From an uncultured bacterium (GTDB lineage Bacteria; Acidobacteriota; HRBIN11; JAKEFK01), in contig CAVZQN010000008.1 in assembly GCA_963777505.1 (NCBI GenBank), forward strand, positions 64,001 to 128,000: a stretch of DNA of 64,000 bases, in the 5' to 3' direction. The notes under the pieces were generated by a model, which searched no databases, was not told the origin of the DNA, and saw only the letters and a program-made list of their open reading frames with translations. Made by a program: the position numbers and the translations under genes. This document shows positions 30,524 to 41,467 of the stretch, piece after piece (the stretch's first letter is position 1; each line of letters starts with the position of its first letter).

Positions 30524-31600
30524 ATGCGTGTGTTGATAGCGGATGGTGGAACGGGAGGCCATATCTTCCCTGCGATTGCGGTAGCGAATGAACTGCAAAA
30601 GCGAACGGAAGTAGAAGCGATTTTGTTCACAGGTACGGCCGCTGGATTAGAAGGCGGAATTGTTCCAAAGCATGGATTTGAACTACGAATGATACGTGTT
30701 GGTGGCTTGATAGGAAAAAGTCTGATGACAAGGGTGAAAACGTTATTGCAGCTTCCAGGGGCATACTTTCAAAGCGCAAAAATTATTCGCGAATTTAATC
30801 CCTCAGTCGCAATCGGATTTGGTGCCTATGCATCTGGACCAGTACTTGTGGCAGCCTATAGAAAAAAGGTCCCCGTATTGCTTGTAGAACCGAATGCGAT
30901 TCCCGGATTTACGAACAAAAAAGCATTGAGTTTTGCAAGAAATGTTGCGGTAGCGTATGAAGACTCCTCGGGTGTTTTCAAAGGAAAAGCAGTCGTTACA
31001 GGAACACCGGTGCGTCCTTTAAGAGAGCTTTCGAAACAAACATCCAAGTTCACGGTAGGTATTTATTGCGGAAGCCAGGGTTCACGTGCCATTAACAATG
31101 TTGTAGTTGAAGCCTTGCCGGAACTTGTCGCGATGAAAGAAACGTTGCATGTCATTCATCAAACTGGCAGAGGAGATTTTGAGCGTGTTAAATCTATATA
31201 TGATACAGTCGCGCCATTTTTTGAGATAAAACCATTTGTTGAAGATGTTGAGGAGTTTTATAGCAGTTGCGATTTATTAGTTTGTCGCGCGGGAGCGATC
31301 ACTCTTGCAGAAATAACGGCGCTTGGGAAGCCTGCGATTCTTGTTCCACTTCCAACGGCTGCTCATAATCATCAGGAACAAAATGCGCGGCGTCTTGCGG
31401 AGGCTGGTGCTGCAAAAATGATTTTACAAAATGCGTTTTCATCTCGCATCCTCATTCAGGAAATAATATCGCTATCGAGTAGCCCAGAAATCTTGGAACA
31501 AATGTCAATTGAATCCAGACATTTAGGAAGACCAGAGGCTGCTCAAAAAGTAGCGGATTTAGCCATATCATTAGCTAAAAAAACAGAGGCACAGAGATAA
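30524..31600 (+). CDS. murG: Lipid II GlcNAc transferase
   Basis: GGTGGHIFP, GSQGS, CRAGAITLAE and HQEQNA. Confidence 0.93.
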   Translation: MRVLIADGGTGGHIFPAIAVANELQKRTEVEAILFTGTAAGLEGGIVPKHGFELRMIRVGGLIGKSLMTRVKTLLQLPGAYFQSAKIIREFNPSVAIGFGAYASGPVLVAAYRKKVPVLLVEPNAIPGFTNKKALSFARNVAVAYEDSSGVFKGKAVVTGTPVRPLRELSKQTSKFTVGIYCGSQGSRAINNVVVEALPELVAMKETLHVIHQTGRGDFERVKSIYDTVAPFFEIKPFVEDVEEFYSSCDLLVCRAGAITLAEITALGKPAILVPLPTAAHNHQEQNARRLAEAGAAKMILQNAFSSRILIQEIISLSSSPEILEQMSIESRHLGRPEAAQKVADLAISLAKKTEAQR

Positions 31601-31602
31601 GC

Positions 31603-33006
31603 ATGTTTGGGAAATTAAAGCGGATACACATGGTGGGAATCGGAGGAAGCGGCATGAGCGGAATTGCTGAAATTCTTCTGGATCTTGGCCACACAGTTTC
31701 CGGATCCGATATAAAAGAAACTGCAGTTACAGCAAGACTTACATCTTTAGGCGCTACGATTTACATCGGCCATTCTGCGGAAAATGTTGGAAATTCAGAT
31801 GTCGTTGTAATTTCGTCTGCAGTTTCTGTAGAGAATCCCGAAGTGATAACAGCACGAGCGAAAAAAATTCCTGTGATTCCGCGTGCTGAGATGCTTGCGG
31901 AATTGATGCGAATTAAATACGCCGTCACAATCGGCGGAGCGCACGGCAAAACAACCACAACATCAATGACCGGATTAATGCTTCATGATGCAGGACTGGA
32001 TCCAACGATCATCATTGGAGGCCGCTTACAAGCGTTTGGAAGTAATGCTCGCCCGGGTCGTGGCGAATTTATTGTTGTAGAAGCTGACGAAAGCGACGGA
32101 TCTTTTCTGAAACTTTCAGCGACAATCGCTGTGATCACAAACATTGACGCCGAGCATCTTGATCATTACAAAGACATGGATGATATCCGTCACTCATTTA
32201 TTGAATTTGCTAACAAAGTCCCTTTTTATGGAGCCGTCATTCTTTGCCTTGATGATGCTGAGAATCGCGCGATCCTTTCACACATTCAAAGAAAGATCGT
32301 TACGTACGGGTTATCACCTGAAGCAGACTTCCGTGCGGTTCCAGTTCAACTCAAAGGATTTAGTTCGGAATATGAAGTCTACCATCGTGATATGCGATTG
32401 GGCGTTGTGAAGTTGCATGTGCCAGGAGTTCATAGCATCGTAAACAGTCTTGCTGCTATTGCTGTTGCAAGTGAGCTTGGAGTTTCATTTGATACCGCGC
32501 GCGAATCACTTTCACACTTCCGTGGGGTAGATCGCCGGTTTCAACTTCGCGCAGAGGCAAATGATATTTTGATCATTGATGATTACGCACACCATCCATC
32601 TGAGATTCAAGCAACTCTTACAGCAGCAAGGCAAGGCTGGAATCGAAGATTGATCGCAGTGTTTCAGCCTCATCGTTACACTCGCTTGCATCACCTATTC
32701 AATGATTTCACGCATTGTTTCGATAAGGCTGACATTCTGGTACTAACAGATATTTATGCAGCGGGTGAAGAGCCATTACGAGATGTAACAATCGAACGGC
32801 TCGCGAAAGCAATGAACCATCCAAATTGCGTCTTGTATAAAGATGTAACAACCCTTCCTGAAAAAGTTCTATCCATGGCTCAGCCGGGAGATATTGTTTT
32901 GTTTCTTGGAGCAGGAAGTATTACTGCCGCCGCCGAAAAGACTGGAAAACTATTGTTGGAGAAATTTAGCACCGTTGCTGGCGGGGACGCGGGCGTTACA
33001 CGATGA
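31603..33006 (+). CDS. murC: UDP-MurNAc--L-Ala ligase
   Basis: GIGGSGMSG, HGKTTTT, EADESD, DDYAHHP and FQPHRY. Confidence 0.96.
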   Translation: MFGKLKRIHMVGIGGSGMSGIAEILLDLGHTVSGSDIKETAVTARLTSLGATIYIGHSAENVGNSDVVVISSAVSVENPEVITARAKKIPVIPRAEMLAELMRIKYAVTIGGAHGKTTTTSMTGLMLHDAGLDPTIIIGGRLQAFGSNARPGRGEFIVVEADESDGSFLKLSATIAVITNIDAEHLDHYKDMDDIRHSFIEFANKVPFYGAVILCLDDAENRAILSHIQRKIVTYGLSPEADFRAVPVQLKGFSSEYEVYHRDMRLGVVKLHVPGVHSIVNSLAAIAVASELGVSFDTARESLSHFRGVDRRFQLRAEANDILIIDDYAHHPSEIQATLTAARQGWNRRLIAVFQPHRYTRLHHLFNDFTHCFDKADILVLTDIYAAGEEPLRDVTIERLAKAMNHPNCVLYKDVTTLPEKVLSMAQPGDIVLFLGAGSITAAAEKTGKLLLEKFSTVAGGDAGVTR

Positions 33007-33866
33007 AAACCAAAACGAACCAAAAGCTGAAGGATTACACAACAATCGGAATCGGAGGGAGTGTTCCAACTGTGTATCTTCCGGAAACAGAGGCTGAATT
33101 GGTGGAATTGTTGCGTACTTTGAATCGCGAAAAACGCACATTTAGAGTTTTAGGAAATGGCAGCAATATTTTGGCGGATGATGCAGGAATTAATGAAGCG
33201 ATGATTGTGACAAAACACATGGAACGCATTTTCAATGTAGATGGCGAGCGCGTTACTGTAGATGCAGGATATCCGATGGCACAGCTTGCATATCAGACAG
33301 CATCAAAGAGTTTGAGTGGATTGGAGTTTGCCGTTGGAATTCCTGGAAGTATCGGTGGAGTTGTCCGCATGAATGCAGGCGCGCACGGGCAAACTATCAG
33401 CGAAGTCGTTCATTCTGTCGCTCTGCTACTTCACGATGGCCATACTGTTGTTGCGAACAATGCTGAACTGCAATTCAGCTATCGTTTTTCGGCTATTCCA
33501 GGCGATGCAATTATTACACGCGTTATTCTCCAACTTCGCACGGGAGATTCACGCGACATTCATAAACGCATCAGAGAAAACAATGACTGGCGCACGTCCA
33601 CTCAGCCACAAAGGGAAAAGAGTGCGGGATGCATTTTCAGAAACCCGGATGGTACTTCTGCGGGAAAACTCATTGAAGATTCCGGTTTGAAAGGCTTTTC
33701 AATCGGAGGCGCGATGGTATCAGATGTTCATGCAAATTTTATTGTTAACAAAGGCAACGCAACTTTTGCTGATACTCTGAAATTAATCGAACATGTCAAA
33801 AAAGTCGTCCGCGAGAAGAATGACGTATTGCTTGAAGAAGAAGTGATTGTCTGGAGGCACAACTGA
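33003..33866 (+). CDS. murB: UDP-N-acetylenolpyruvoylglucosamine reductase
   Basis: GNGSN, GIPGSIGG, MNAGA, SAGCIFRNP and HANFIVN. Confidence 0.95.
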   Translation: MKTKTNQKLKDYTTIGIGGSVPTVYLPETEAELVELLRTLNREKRTFRVLGNGSNILADDAGINEAMIVTKHMERIFNVDGERVTVDAGYPMAQLAYQTASKSLSGLEFAVGIPGSIGGVVRMNAGAHGQTISEVVHSVALLLHDGHTVVANNAELQFSYRFSAIPGDAIITRVILQLRTGDSRDIHKRIRENNDWRTSTQPQREKSAGCIFRNPDGTSAGKLIEDSGLKGFSIGGAMVSDVHANFIVNKGNATFADTLKLIEHVKKVVREKNDVLLEEEVIVWRHN

Positions 33867-34696
33867 TGCCGGTAAAAAAAATCCAGACCCAAAATGAAAA
33901 AGTTATCGATTACCAATACATTCGGAATTTAAAAAATCGTGAAGTTCGAAAAAGTCGATTCAAACGAACGTTATCTCAGCGTGCACTACGGATTATTCTT
34001 ATTTGTATTTTGGCAGTTCAGGGCGTGTATGTCGGATATCATGGACTTCAAGCGCTTAAATCTTCTTCATGGTTTTTCTTAAATCAAATCGAAGTAACAG
34101 GTACACATAAAACAAAACCTGAAGAAGTTGAAAAATATATTCGAACTGGCCAGCAGAATGCAGTATTTGCCGACTTAACACACATCAAGTTAGGGCTAGA
34201 AAATCACCCGTGGATCAAGAGTGCCGTAATATGGCGGGAGCTGCCGGGAACGATACGTGTTCATATTACAGAACGACACCCAATCGCATTGGTGTTGTCG
34301 GGAAATTTGTTTCTTGTCGATGCAGATGGCCGGGTTATAGACACTTTTGATCACGATCCAGAATATTCCTCGCTTCCCGTCCTTACTGGAATTGATGAAG
34401 TTTCCAATGAACATCAAATCCGGAACGCTCTTCAATTTGTTTCTGCACTTGCGGAAGATGTTTCAGTGTTGAGACAAGTATCTGAAATTAATTACTATGA
34501 TGGAGAAAACACAATTATTTATTTGAAAGGGTTCTCGTTTGGACTTTTAGTTTCGAAAGATGGTATTCTTCCGATGATTAAAAAGTTCATTGATTACTCC
34601 GAAGTAGTCAAAAAGAATTTTTCTGATGTAAAGGTTGTCGACTTGCGGTACCAGAGCCAGATCATTCTCAAACATACATACAGGGAGCAGCTTTAA
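33866..34696 (+). CDS. ftsQ: Cell division protein FtsQ
   Basis: TM plus POTRA (PWIKSAVIWRELPGTIRVHITER) and VDLRY; position before ftsA. Confidence 0.85.
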   Translation: MPVKKIQTQNEKVIDYQYIRNLKNREVRKSRFKRTLSQRALRIILICILAVQGVYVGYHGLQALKSSSWFFLNQIEVTGTHKTKPEEVEKYIRTGQQNAVFADLTHIKLGLENHPWIKSAVIWRELPGTIRVHITERHPIALVLSGNLFLVDADGRVIDTFDHDPEYSSLPVLTGIDEVSNEHQIRNALQFVSALAEDVSVLRQVSEINYYDGENTIIYLKGFSFGLLVSKDGILPMIKKFIDYSEVVKKNFSDVKVVDLRYQSQIILKHTYREQL

Positions 34697-35919
34697 TGGC
34701 GAAAAAAGACCGCTATATAGTCGGCCTTGATATTGGAACCAGCAAAGTTTGCATTCTTGTAGCCGAAATCCGTGATGATGGTGCACTGGATATCATCGGA
34801 ATGGGCAATGCTGAGTCACGGGGTCTTCGAAAGGGTGTCATTGTAAATCTTGATCCAACGGTCGAGTGTATCCGCAAAGTTGTTGAGGAAGCCGAATTGA
34901 TGTCGGGAATCAACATCGAAGAAGCGTTTGTTGGAATTGCCGGTGAACACATTATGGGTTCCAATAGCCGCGGCATGATCAGCATCAATTCAAAAGATCA
35001 CATCATTTCGCGTGATGATATTAATCGTGTGATTGAGGCTGCTAAACAAATTCCAATTCCAACTGACAAAGACATTCTGCATGTCTTGCCACAAGAATTT
35101 ATGGTAGATGGTCAGGATGAAATTGGTGATCCTCTCGGAATGAGCGGGAATCGATTGGAAGTCAACGTTCATGTTGTTACATGCGGAACAACTCAACTTC
35201 AAACACTATTAACGTGTGTTAATAAAGCAGGAATTGAAGTAGCTGATACTGTTTTGGAACAACTCGCGAGTAGCGAATCAGTATTAACTCAAGATGAAAA
35301 AGAACTGGGTGTTGCTCTTGTAGATATCGGAGGCGGCACAACAGATCTTGCAGTTTTTGAAAAACAAAGTCTCTGGCATTCACATATTCGTGCGATCGGC
35401 GGTGATCATTTTACAAGCGATATTGCGGTTGGACTGCGGACGCCGATCGGAGAAGCAGAGCGGATTAAGAAAAAATATGGGTGTGCGTTGGTGTCACTTG
35501 TCGAGGATGAAGAGACTGTAGAAGTCCCAAGTGTCGGCGGACGTAAACCACGCTTTATGTCAAGAGAGATACTTTGTGACATAATTCAACAGAGGGCCGA
35601 TGAACTATTCAATCTCATGAAAGACGAGATTGAAAGAATGGGCCTGACAAAATCCCTCAATTCGGGTGTAGTTTTGACGGGTGGCGGTTCATTGCTGGAA
35701 GGCATGACCGAAATTGCAGAACGTATTTTTGATCTGCCGGTACGCATCGGTAAGCCAACGGGTGTTGGAGGCTTGATCGATGTAATCAACAGTCCGGTTT
35801 ATTCCACCGCTGTTGGTTTGGTTATTTATGGATACAGAACGCGTGAAGTTCGTAGAGATCGCGTACTGACCCGTAGAAGGCCATGGCGTTTCAAAGATTG
35901 GTTTAACGAAATGTTTTAA
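34696..35919 (+). CDS. ftsA: Cell division protein FtsA
   Basis: [17 protein letters not shown] and VLTGGG. Confidence 0.96.
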   Translation: MAKKDRYIVGLDIGTSKVCILVAEIRDDGALDIIGMGNAESRGLRKGVIVNLDPTVECIRKVVEEAELMSGINIEEAFVGIAGEHIMGSNSRGMISINSKDHIISRDDINRVIEAAKQIPIPTDKDILHVLPQEFMVDGQDEIGDPLGMSGNRLEVNVHVVTCGTTQLQTLLTCVNKAGIEVADTVLEQLASSESVLTQDEKELGVALVDIGGGTTDLAVFEKQSLWHSHIRAIGGDHFTSDIAVGLRTPIGEAERIKKKYGCALVSLVEDEETVEVPSVGGRKPRFMSREILCDIIQQRADELFNLMKDEIERMGLTKSLNSGVVLTGGGSLLEGMTEIAERIFDLPVRIGKPTGVGGLIDVINSPVYSTAVGLVIYGYRTREVRRDRVLTRRRPWRFKDWFNEMF

Positions 35920-35921
35920 AA

Positions 35922-35959
35922 AACCACGGAGACACAAAGAACTCTGTGACTCTGTGGTT
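35922..35959. repeat. Empty 8-nt-periodic hairpin between ftsA and ftsZ
   Basis: aaccacggagacacaaag-aa-ctctgtgactctgtggtt. Confidence 0.7.
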
Positions 35960-35978
35960 CAAATTGCTGGAGGTGATT

Positions 35979-37175
35979 ATGGAACTGTTTGACGATCTGC
36001 CGGAAATGCCCGGTCATCTGTCAAGCGTAAAAATTTCACTGGAGGATGAAGGATTGCAAGGCGCACGCATAAAAGTTGTTGGAATCGGGGGCGGAGGCGG
36101 GAATGCAATTAATCGCATGGTTGAAATGGGCCTGAAGGGTGCAGAGTTCATTTCTATCAATACCGATCTTCAAGCACTTCAATCGTCACAAGCACCTGTG
36201 CGGCTTCAAATTGGCGCAGGCCTGACAAAAGGTCTTGGCGCCGGTGCAAATCCTGAAATCGGAAGACAAGCAGCTCTTGAAGATGCAAGCAAAATTCTGG
36301 AACTGCTTGATGGAGCCGATATGATTTTCCTTACTGCAGGCATGGGCGGCGGAACCGGAACAGGTGCAGCTCCTGTGATTGCAAGTTTGGCAAATGAAAT
36401 CGGAGCGCTAACAGTAGCGGTTGTAACAAAACCATTTAGTTTTGAAGGAAAACGTCGCGCGCAGCATGCAGAGCTGGGTTTGAAAGAATTGCGAAGCTGC
36501 ATCGACACGATCGTTGTCATTCCAAATGATCGTTTACTTGAAACTGTGGAAAAAAATACGCCGTTTACAAAAGCGTTTTTAATTGCCGATGATGTTTTGC
36601 GGCAAGGTGTGCAAAGTATTTCGGAATTGATCCTGTTGCCTGGCCTTGTGAATTTGGATTTTGCAGATGTGAAGACAATCATGAAAGGCATGGGCAAAGC
36701 CGTAATGGGAACAGGAGTTAGCAGCGGCGAAACACGCGCTGTTGATGCTGCTAAACGCGCGATTAACAGTCCATTGCTTGAAGAAGCTTCTATGGATGGA
36801 GCACGCGGCATTCTGATTAACATCACTGCCGGCGAAACTCTGACAATTCATGAAGTGAATCAGGCATGTCAGTTGATTCGTGAGAATGCAGATCCATCTG
36901 CTGAAATCATTTTCGGAGCTACGATCGATTCAACAATGAAAGATGACGTCAAGATTACTGTCATCGCCACCGGCTTCGATCATGTTTCGGAAAAAGCGAT
37001 GCCATCATTGAGCGTTACTCGAAATGACGTACAGGGTGTTGCTCAACAGCCACCTCAGGAAAATGTTTCCTTTTATCGCAAAGCGGCTGGATCGCAAACT
37101 CCACAATCAGGCACATTTCCGTTCAGCGAAGATCGCGACGATTTGGATATTCCGACATTCAAACGAAAATCCTAA
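35979..37175 (+). CDS. ftsZ: Cell division protein FtsZ
   Basis: [22 protein letters not shown] and C-terminal LDIPTF; GGAGG RBS before ATG 35979. Confidence 0.97.
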   Translation: MELFDDLPEMPGHLSSVKISLEDEGLQGARIKVVGIGGGGGNAINRMVEMGLKGAEFISINTDLQALQSSQAPVRLQIGAGLTKGLGAGANPEIGRQAALEDASKILELLDGADMIFLTAGMGGGTGTGAAPVIASLANEIGALTVAVVTKPFSFEGKRRAQHAELGLKELRSCIDTIVVIPNDRLLETVEKNTPFTKAFLIADDVLRQGVQSISELILLPGLVNLDFADVKTIMKGMGKAVMGTGVSSGETRAVDAAKRAINSPLLEEASMDGARGILINITAGETLTIHEVNQACQLIRENADPSAEIIFGATIDSTMKDDVKITVIATGFDHVSEKAMPSLSVTRNDVQGVAQQPPQENVSFYRKAAGSQTPQSGTFPFSEDRDDLDIPTFKRKS

Positions 37176-37187
37176 AGGGCGAAGACT

Positions 37188-37231
37188 AACCGCGGAGTCG
37201 CAGAGTTTCCGAACTTAGCGTCTCTGCGGTT
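37188..37231. repeat. Empty 8-nt-periodic hairpin after ftsZ
   Basis: aaccgcggagtcgcagag-tttccgaa-cttagcgtctctgcggtt. Confidence 0.7.
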
Positions 37232-37235
37232 CCAT

Positions 37236-37712
37236 TCATTCAGTTCGTGTGAAGTCCATTGTCCAATTTGTTTCCCAGTTCTTGCCTCCATCCGCTGAAA
37301 AAGCTTGCTCCCAGTGGCAAGAGTTTGGCGTAATATCTGACCATATAAATCGAACGTAGATCGCTTTGCCTTCAAAGAATTCCTGATCGTAAAATTCTCC
37401 ACGTCCGTTTTTGAATTCACCGATCACCGGCACCTCTAGAGTGCCAGAGGCTGCGTTCGCCCAATAAAGACTCCATTGCTCCGTTTTGGGATTAAACAGA
37501 CGCACCGTCATTCCCTGGATTCGGCCAGACGGAGTCTCAGCTTGATATTCATCGACGTTCGCCAAACCACCCCAGATGGCTCTTACTACTACTGAGCCCT
37601 TAAACGCATCCCAGTCTGTGGATCCTTTGAGACGCTCTTTCAATTTCATGTTGTGAACTTCCCAGGATCCGATCAAAAAATCAAAATCTTTTCGTGGATC
37701 GTGATCAGCCAT
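37236..37712 (-). CDS. DUF1579-like beta-barrel protein
   Basis: DFDFLIGSWEVHN...WEQAFSADGGKNWETNW; AAGGAG RBS before ATG 37712. Confidence 0.7.
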   Translation of the reverse strand: MADHDPRKDFDFLIGSWEVHNMKLKERLKGSTDWDAFKGSVVVRAIWGGLANVDEYQAETPSGRIQGMTVRLFNPKTEQWSLYWANAASGTLEVPVIGEFKNGRGEFYDQEFFEGKAIYVRFIWSDITPNSCHWEQAFSADGGKNWETNWTMDFTRTE

Positions 37713-37868
37713 TTCTGTCTCCTTAAAGCAAAAGATCTTATTGGGTGATTGGTGTTCCGACAATGACCAATTTTGAAATTCTTTCAATAACCATTTTTTT
37801 CATAGGTCGAACTCCAAACCGGTTGGAGACTTTGCTGGTGGTGAATTTGTGGATTATTGACTGATGAC

Positions 37869-38948
37869 CTATTGGCTGCGCATCAGTTCGGCTGCAATTT
37901 CCGGAGGGACTGGATTGATCATGTAACCGGATCCTGCACTGAAGCTGCGATGGAACCCTTTCAATCTTGGAAATCTAGGAAAAAACTTGAAGTGCCAATG
38001 ATAATCATCATCAATTGTTGCCCAGTAATCGCGTTCTCCGCCCCAGACCCGATTCGGGCGTGTAAACAACAGCAAGCTGTATGATAAATTTCCCACATTC
38101 GATTTTATTGTTCGAAGATTTGTCTGAAGAGCGTCTGCAAGTTCACCTGCCAGCGAAGGATTCAAGTTTCTAAAATCGGAATTATGCTGACGCGGAAGAA
38201 TCCACGTTTCAAACGGATGGGAAGCAAAAAACGGACTGAGTGTTACGAAGTTTTCGGATTGCCGAACCCATCCTGAAGATTGTTTGCGTCGTGTTTCTTC
38301 CGTAATGATGTCACAGAAAAGGCAACGTTCCTTCATTTGAAAATGTCTTCGCGTGGATTCGAGTTCTCTCCGGATTCGCTCAGGAACCGAAGGTGACGCT
38401 GTCAATGTTGAATGAGGATGGGCCATAGTGCTGTTCGAGTTTGGTCCATAATTTTTGTAAATGTACAAATGTCCAAACCGTCCATCTTTGCTCAGATCCT
38501 TCATCCGTTCCAGATAGACACGTACGATGTCAGCAACTTCCGAAGAATTCAATTCATCCCAGTCTGCATGTGTTCGATGCTCAATAATAATTTCATGTGC
38601 GCCTACGGCATCCATAACGTCGTACATGGAAACTAACCTGCGGTTCAAATTACCTTCGATTCGAAAAACAGGATCACGGTTTGGAATGACTCGGATATTC
38701 CAATCGGTTGAAGCGCTGCCAAACTGATACTTTCCATTCACAAATTCCATAATGGATTGTTCAGTTGTTGATTCCTTACCGGGACAAAAATCACAGGGGG
38801 TATCAGATTTTTTCTTAGATTCATATTCACGATCCACAGCTTCCTTAATCCTGCGAATCGTATCCTGTGGTTCTGCAACGACGTTTACTATGACCCATTT
38901 GCGTGTAACTGGATCCCTTCGCATTTGTTTCATTTGTTTTTTGTCCAA
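37869..38948 (-). CDS. GalT-like hexose-1-phosphate nucleotidyltransferase
   Basis: RRDPVTRKWVI, CDFCPG, GAHEIIIE, HPH, CLFCDII, YHWH and INPVPPE. Confidence 0.8.
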   Translation of the reverse strand: MDKKQMKQMRRDPVTRKWVIVNVVAEPQDTIRRIKEAVDREYESKKKSDTPCDFCPGKESTTEQSIMEFVNGKYQFGSASTDWNIRVIPNRDPVFRIEGNLNRRLVSMYDVMDAVGAHEIIIEHRTHADWDELNSSEVADIVRVYLERMKDLSKDGRFGHLYIYKNYGPNSNSTMAHPHSTLTASPSVPERIRRELESTRRHFQMKERCLFCDIITEETRRKQSSGWVRQSENFVTLSPFFASHPFETWILPRQHNSDFRNLNPSLAGELADALQTNLRTIKSNVGNLSYSLLLFTRPNRVWGGERDYWATIDDDYHWHFKFFPRFPRLKGFHRSFSAGSGYMINPVPPEIAAELMRSQ

Positions 38949-38957
38949 CTGTAGGGG

Positions 38958-39629
38958 CTATTTCAGTGCAGGATCCGGAAACCCGGCTTCATTGAAGCCT
39001 TTGATCCTGATCACGCAACTATCACATTGACCGCAAGCTTTTCCAGATTCATCAGGATCATAACAACTATGAGTATCAGAATAATCAACACCCAGTGCAA
39101 CGCCTTTCTGTATTATTTGCGACTTGGTAAGCTTCAATAATGGCGCGTGAATTCGGAACTTCTGGCCTTCAACCCCTGCTTTAGTTCCGCGATTCAAAGT
39201 CTGTTCCAAAGACTCTATAAATTCCGGGCGGCAATCAGGATAACCGCTGTAATCCAGAATATTTGCGCCATAAAATAAATCGAAAGCGCCTTTGGTCTCC
39301 CCTATTGCCGCAGCAATAGACAAGAAAATCAAATTACGTCCTGGAACGTATGTTACAGGAATCACTTCTTTATCGGATCTTTGTTTTGGAACAACAAGTT
39401 CGGATGTAAGTGCCGAACCTCCGATTTGACGCAAATCGATTTGAAAATAAACGTGCTCTTTAACCCGAAACTGCGTGATAACCTTCTTTGCCTTTTCGAG
39501 CTCAACTCGATGCCGCTGGCCATAATCAAAACTTAAAGCAAAAACATCTGAAAATTCACGCAAAGCGATGGCTAAAACGGTAGTGGAGTCAATTCCACCG
39601 CTGAATAAAACGAGGCCGGCGGATGCCAT
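38958..39629 (-). CDS. queC: 7-cyano-7-deazaguanine synthase
   Basis: SGGIDS, YGQRH, TYVPGRN, YPDCR and CGQCDSC. Confidence 0.95.
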   Translation of the reverse strand: MASAGLVLFSGGIDSTTVLAIALREFSDVFALSFDYGQRHRVELEKAKKVITQFRVKEHVYFQIDLRQIGGSALTSELVVPKQRSDKEVIPVTYVPGRNLIFLSIAAAIGETKGAFDLFYGANILDYSGYPDCRPEFIESLEQTLNRGTKAGVEGQKFRIHAPLLKLTKSQIIQKGVALGVDYSDTHSCYDPDESGKACGQCDSCVIRIKGFNEAGFPDPALK

Positions 39630-39646
39630 TTATGAAACAGGAAAAC

Positions 39647-40003
39647 CTATTGAACTCTCTTCATATAAGCGTAATACCAATTGTCTCCGGAACGGACTCT
39701 GATACGAAGGAATTCCTGATTCGCAATTCGGGTAATTTGAACTTGCGGGCTTGAGGAAGTCCCACGAGCGGGAATTACGATTGCTAGATCCTTTGCTACG
39801 ACCTGTCCATCTTTGCTGAGTTGAATAGTGGATCCATCAGCTCCGTCAACAATTTGAACGTTATAGAGGCCAGGTTCGACTGTAGTTCCAGCAAAATCTA
39901 CACGCTCCCTGATCCGATAATTCCCAACATCAGCTGAAAAAACACTGAATGCAGAGACACTCAATACGAATAGGGTTAGGACAGCAATTTTTCCAATCTT
40001 CAT
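39647..40003 (-). CDS. Hypothetical secreted protein
   Basis: Signal peptide; GGAGG RBS. Confidence 0.6.
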   Translation of the reverse strand: MKIGKIAVLTLFVLSVSAFSVFSADVGNYRIRERVDFAGTTVEPGLYNVQIVDGADGSTIQLSKDGQVVAKDLAIVIPARGTSSSPQVQITRIANQEFLRIRVRSGDNWYYAYMKRVQ

Positions 40004-40044
40004 ATAGCAACCCTCCTGCAAACTAAACTAGGATTTTTCTGGGA

Positions 40045-40416
40045 TTATTCAAATACCGGCGCGTTGTAGTCTATATTCTGAACCCAGTTATAGACGTAAA
40101 AAGGTGTGGTTATTGGAACAACATAATCAATTTTAACCCGAAGATTATGGTAGTTTTCGGCGTAAGTCTTCGCCGCATGAACATCTTCAACTTCTATATC
40201 TAATTCATTGTCATGCGCTACGTCGACTATATCTGACTTCAATTGGTCTAAGTTTCTTCCGTGAAGAAATTTACATTCTTCTCGAACTGCATCCTCAAAT
40301 GAATAAACCCGAATCATTACAGGAATGATCGTCCACGCCAGATAAAGCACTACCAGAAAGACGGCAAACCCGAAGATAGCACCAGCTTTTCCCTCGCCCT
40401 TTTGATTCAATGACAT
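40045..40416 (-). CDS. Pilin-like single-TM protein (DUF4845-like)
   Basis: NQKG|EG followed by a hydrophobic helix. Confidence 0.5.
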   Translation of the reverse strand: MSLNQKGEGKAGAIFGFAVFLVVLYLAWTIIPVMIRVYSFEDAVREECKFLHGRNLDQLKSDIVDVAHDNELDIEVEDVHAAKTYAENYHNLRVKIDYVVPITTPFYVYNWVQNIDYNAPVFE

Positions 40417-40504
40417 GCCCCGTGAGCCTCCTCTTATCAGAGTTCGAAACATCATAATCTTAGGGCTAAGTGATTGTCAAGAAAGGGTTAATTCTTTAGA
40501 AAGG

Positions 40505-41437
40505 CTACGAAAACGATTTCCCCTCTTGAACTCGATGGCCAATCGCAAAATCATGGGCAGTCATTCGAGGCCGATTTTCGGGCTGCACTTCCAAAACTTC
40601 AAGGACAGTTCCTTCCCCAGCGGCTACATAAATCGCGTCCTTCGTTAGACTGAGAATATTGCCTGGGGTTTGGTTTGTTGTTTCTCCAGAATCGCGGGTC
40701 GCCCAAAACTTCAGTCCCATATTTTCCAGTCTCGTAAAGGTTCCAGGCCACGGATTAAAGGCGCGAACTTGCCTCGAAATCCAGGCTGCGGTTTTGGTCC
40801 AGTTCACACGTCCGTCTTCCTTTTTGAGTTTAGGCGCATACGTCACTGCCGAAACGTCTTGCGGCATCGGGACAATTTCATTTTTCTCAATCAAGTTTAG
40901 AGTTTTTGTCAGAAGTGGTGCCCCAAGCTTCCCCAATTTTTGTGAAAGTGTTTCCGAAGTATCAAGAGAATCGATTTCACAAGTTTGTGTTAGATAAATA
41001 GGACCGGAGTCCATTGCAAGATCAACTTGCATTGTCGTTAGACCAGTTTCATTTTCACCGTTTAATATTGCCCACGGAATCGGCGCAGCCCCACGATATT
41101 TTGGAAGCAAAGAGGCATGAAGATTTACAGCACCTTTAGGGGCCAATTCAAGAACGTTGCGTCTCAAAATTTCTCCATACGCGACAACCACAAGAATGTC
41201 TGGCTTTAATGCAGTCATTTGATCGACAAATTCCTGAGTCTTTGTTGTTGAAGGCTGATAAACAGGAATACTGAATGACTCTGCAGTTACTTTAATTGGA
41301 GGTGCCTGCACTTTCAGATTTCTGCCAACAGGACGATCCGGTTGAGTAACCACTGCAAGTATTTCGTGATTCGAATGATGAATTGCTTCAAGACTCGGCA
41401 CGGCAAATGAAGGCGATCCCATAAAAATGATGCGCAT
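40505..41437 (-). CDS. fmt: Methionyl-tRNA formyltransferase
   Basis: FMGSPSFAV, VVTQPDRP and NLHASLLPKYRGAAP. Confidence 0.96.
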   Translation of the reverse strand: MRIIFMGSPSFAVPSLEAIHHSNHEILAVVTQPDRPVGRNLKVQAPPIKVTAESFSIPVYQPSTTKTQEFVDQMTALKPDILVVVAYGEILRRNVLELAPKGAVNLHASLLPKYRGAAPIPWAILNGENETGLTTMQVDLAMDSGPIYLTQTCEIDSLDTSETLSQKLGKLGAPLLTKTLNLIEKNEIVPMPQDVSAVTYAPKLKKEDGRVNWTKTAAWISRQVRAFNPWPGTFTRLENMGLKFWATRDSGETTNQTPGNILSLTKDAIYVAAGEGTVLEVLEVQPENRPRMTAHDFAIGHRVQEGKSFS

Positions 41438-41467
41438 TTAATCTATCTCACAGACAAAAGTTAAATT

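Noticed and set aside
33003-34696. Absence of ddl between murB and ftsQ
   Set aside because: ddl is frequently encoded outside the dcw cluster, so this is uninformative.
36206-36826. 206-aa ORF antisense to ftsZ and other long antisense ORFs in dcw genes
   Set aside because: Typical codon-bias shadows with no recognisable motifs.
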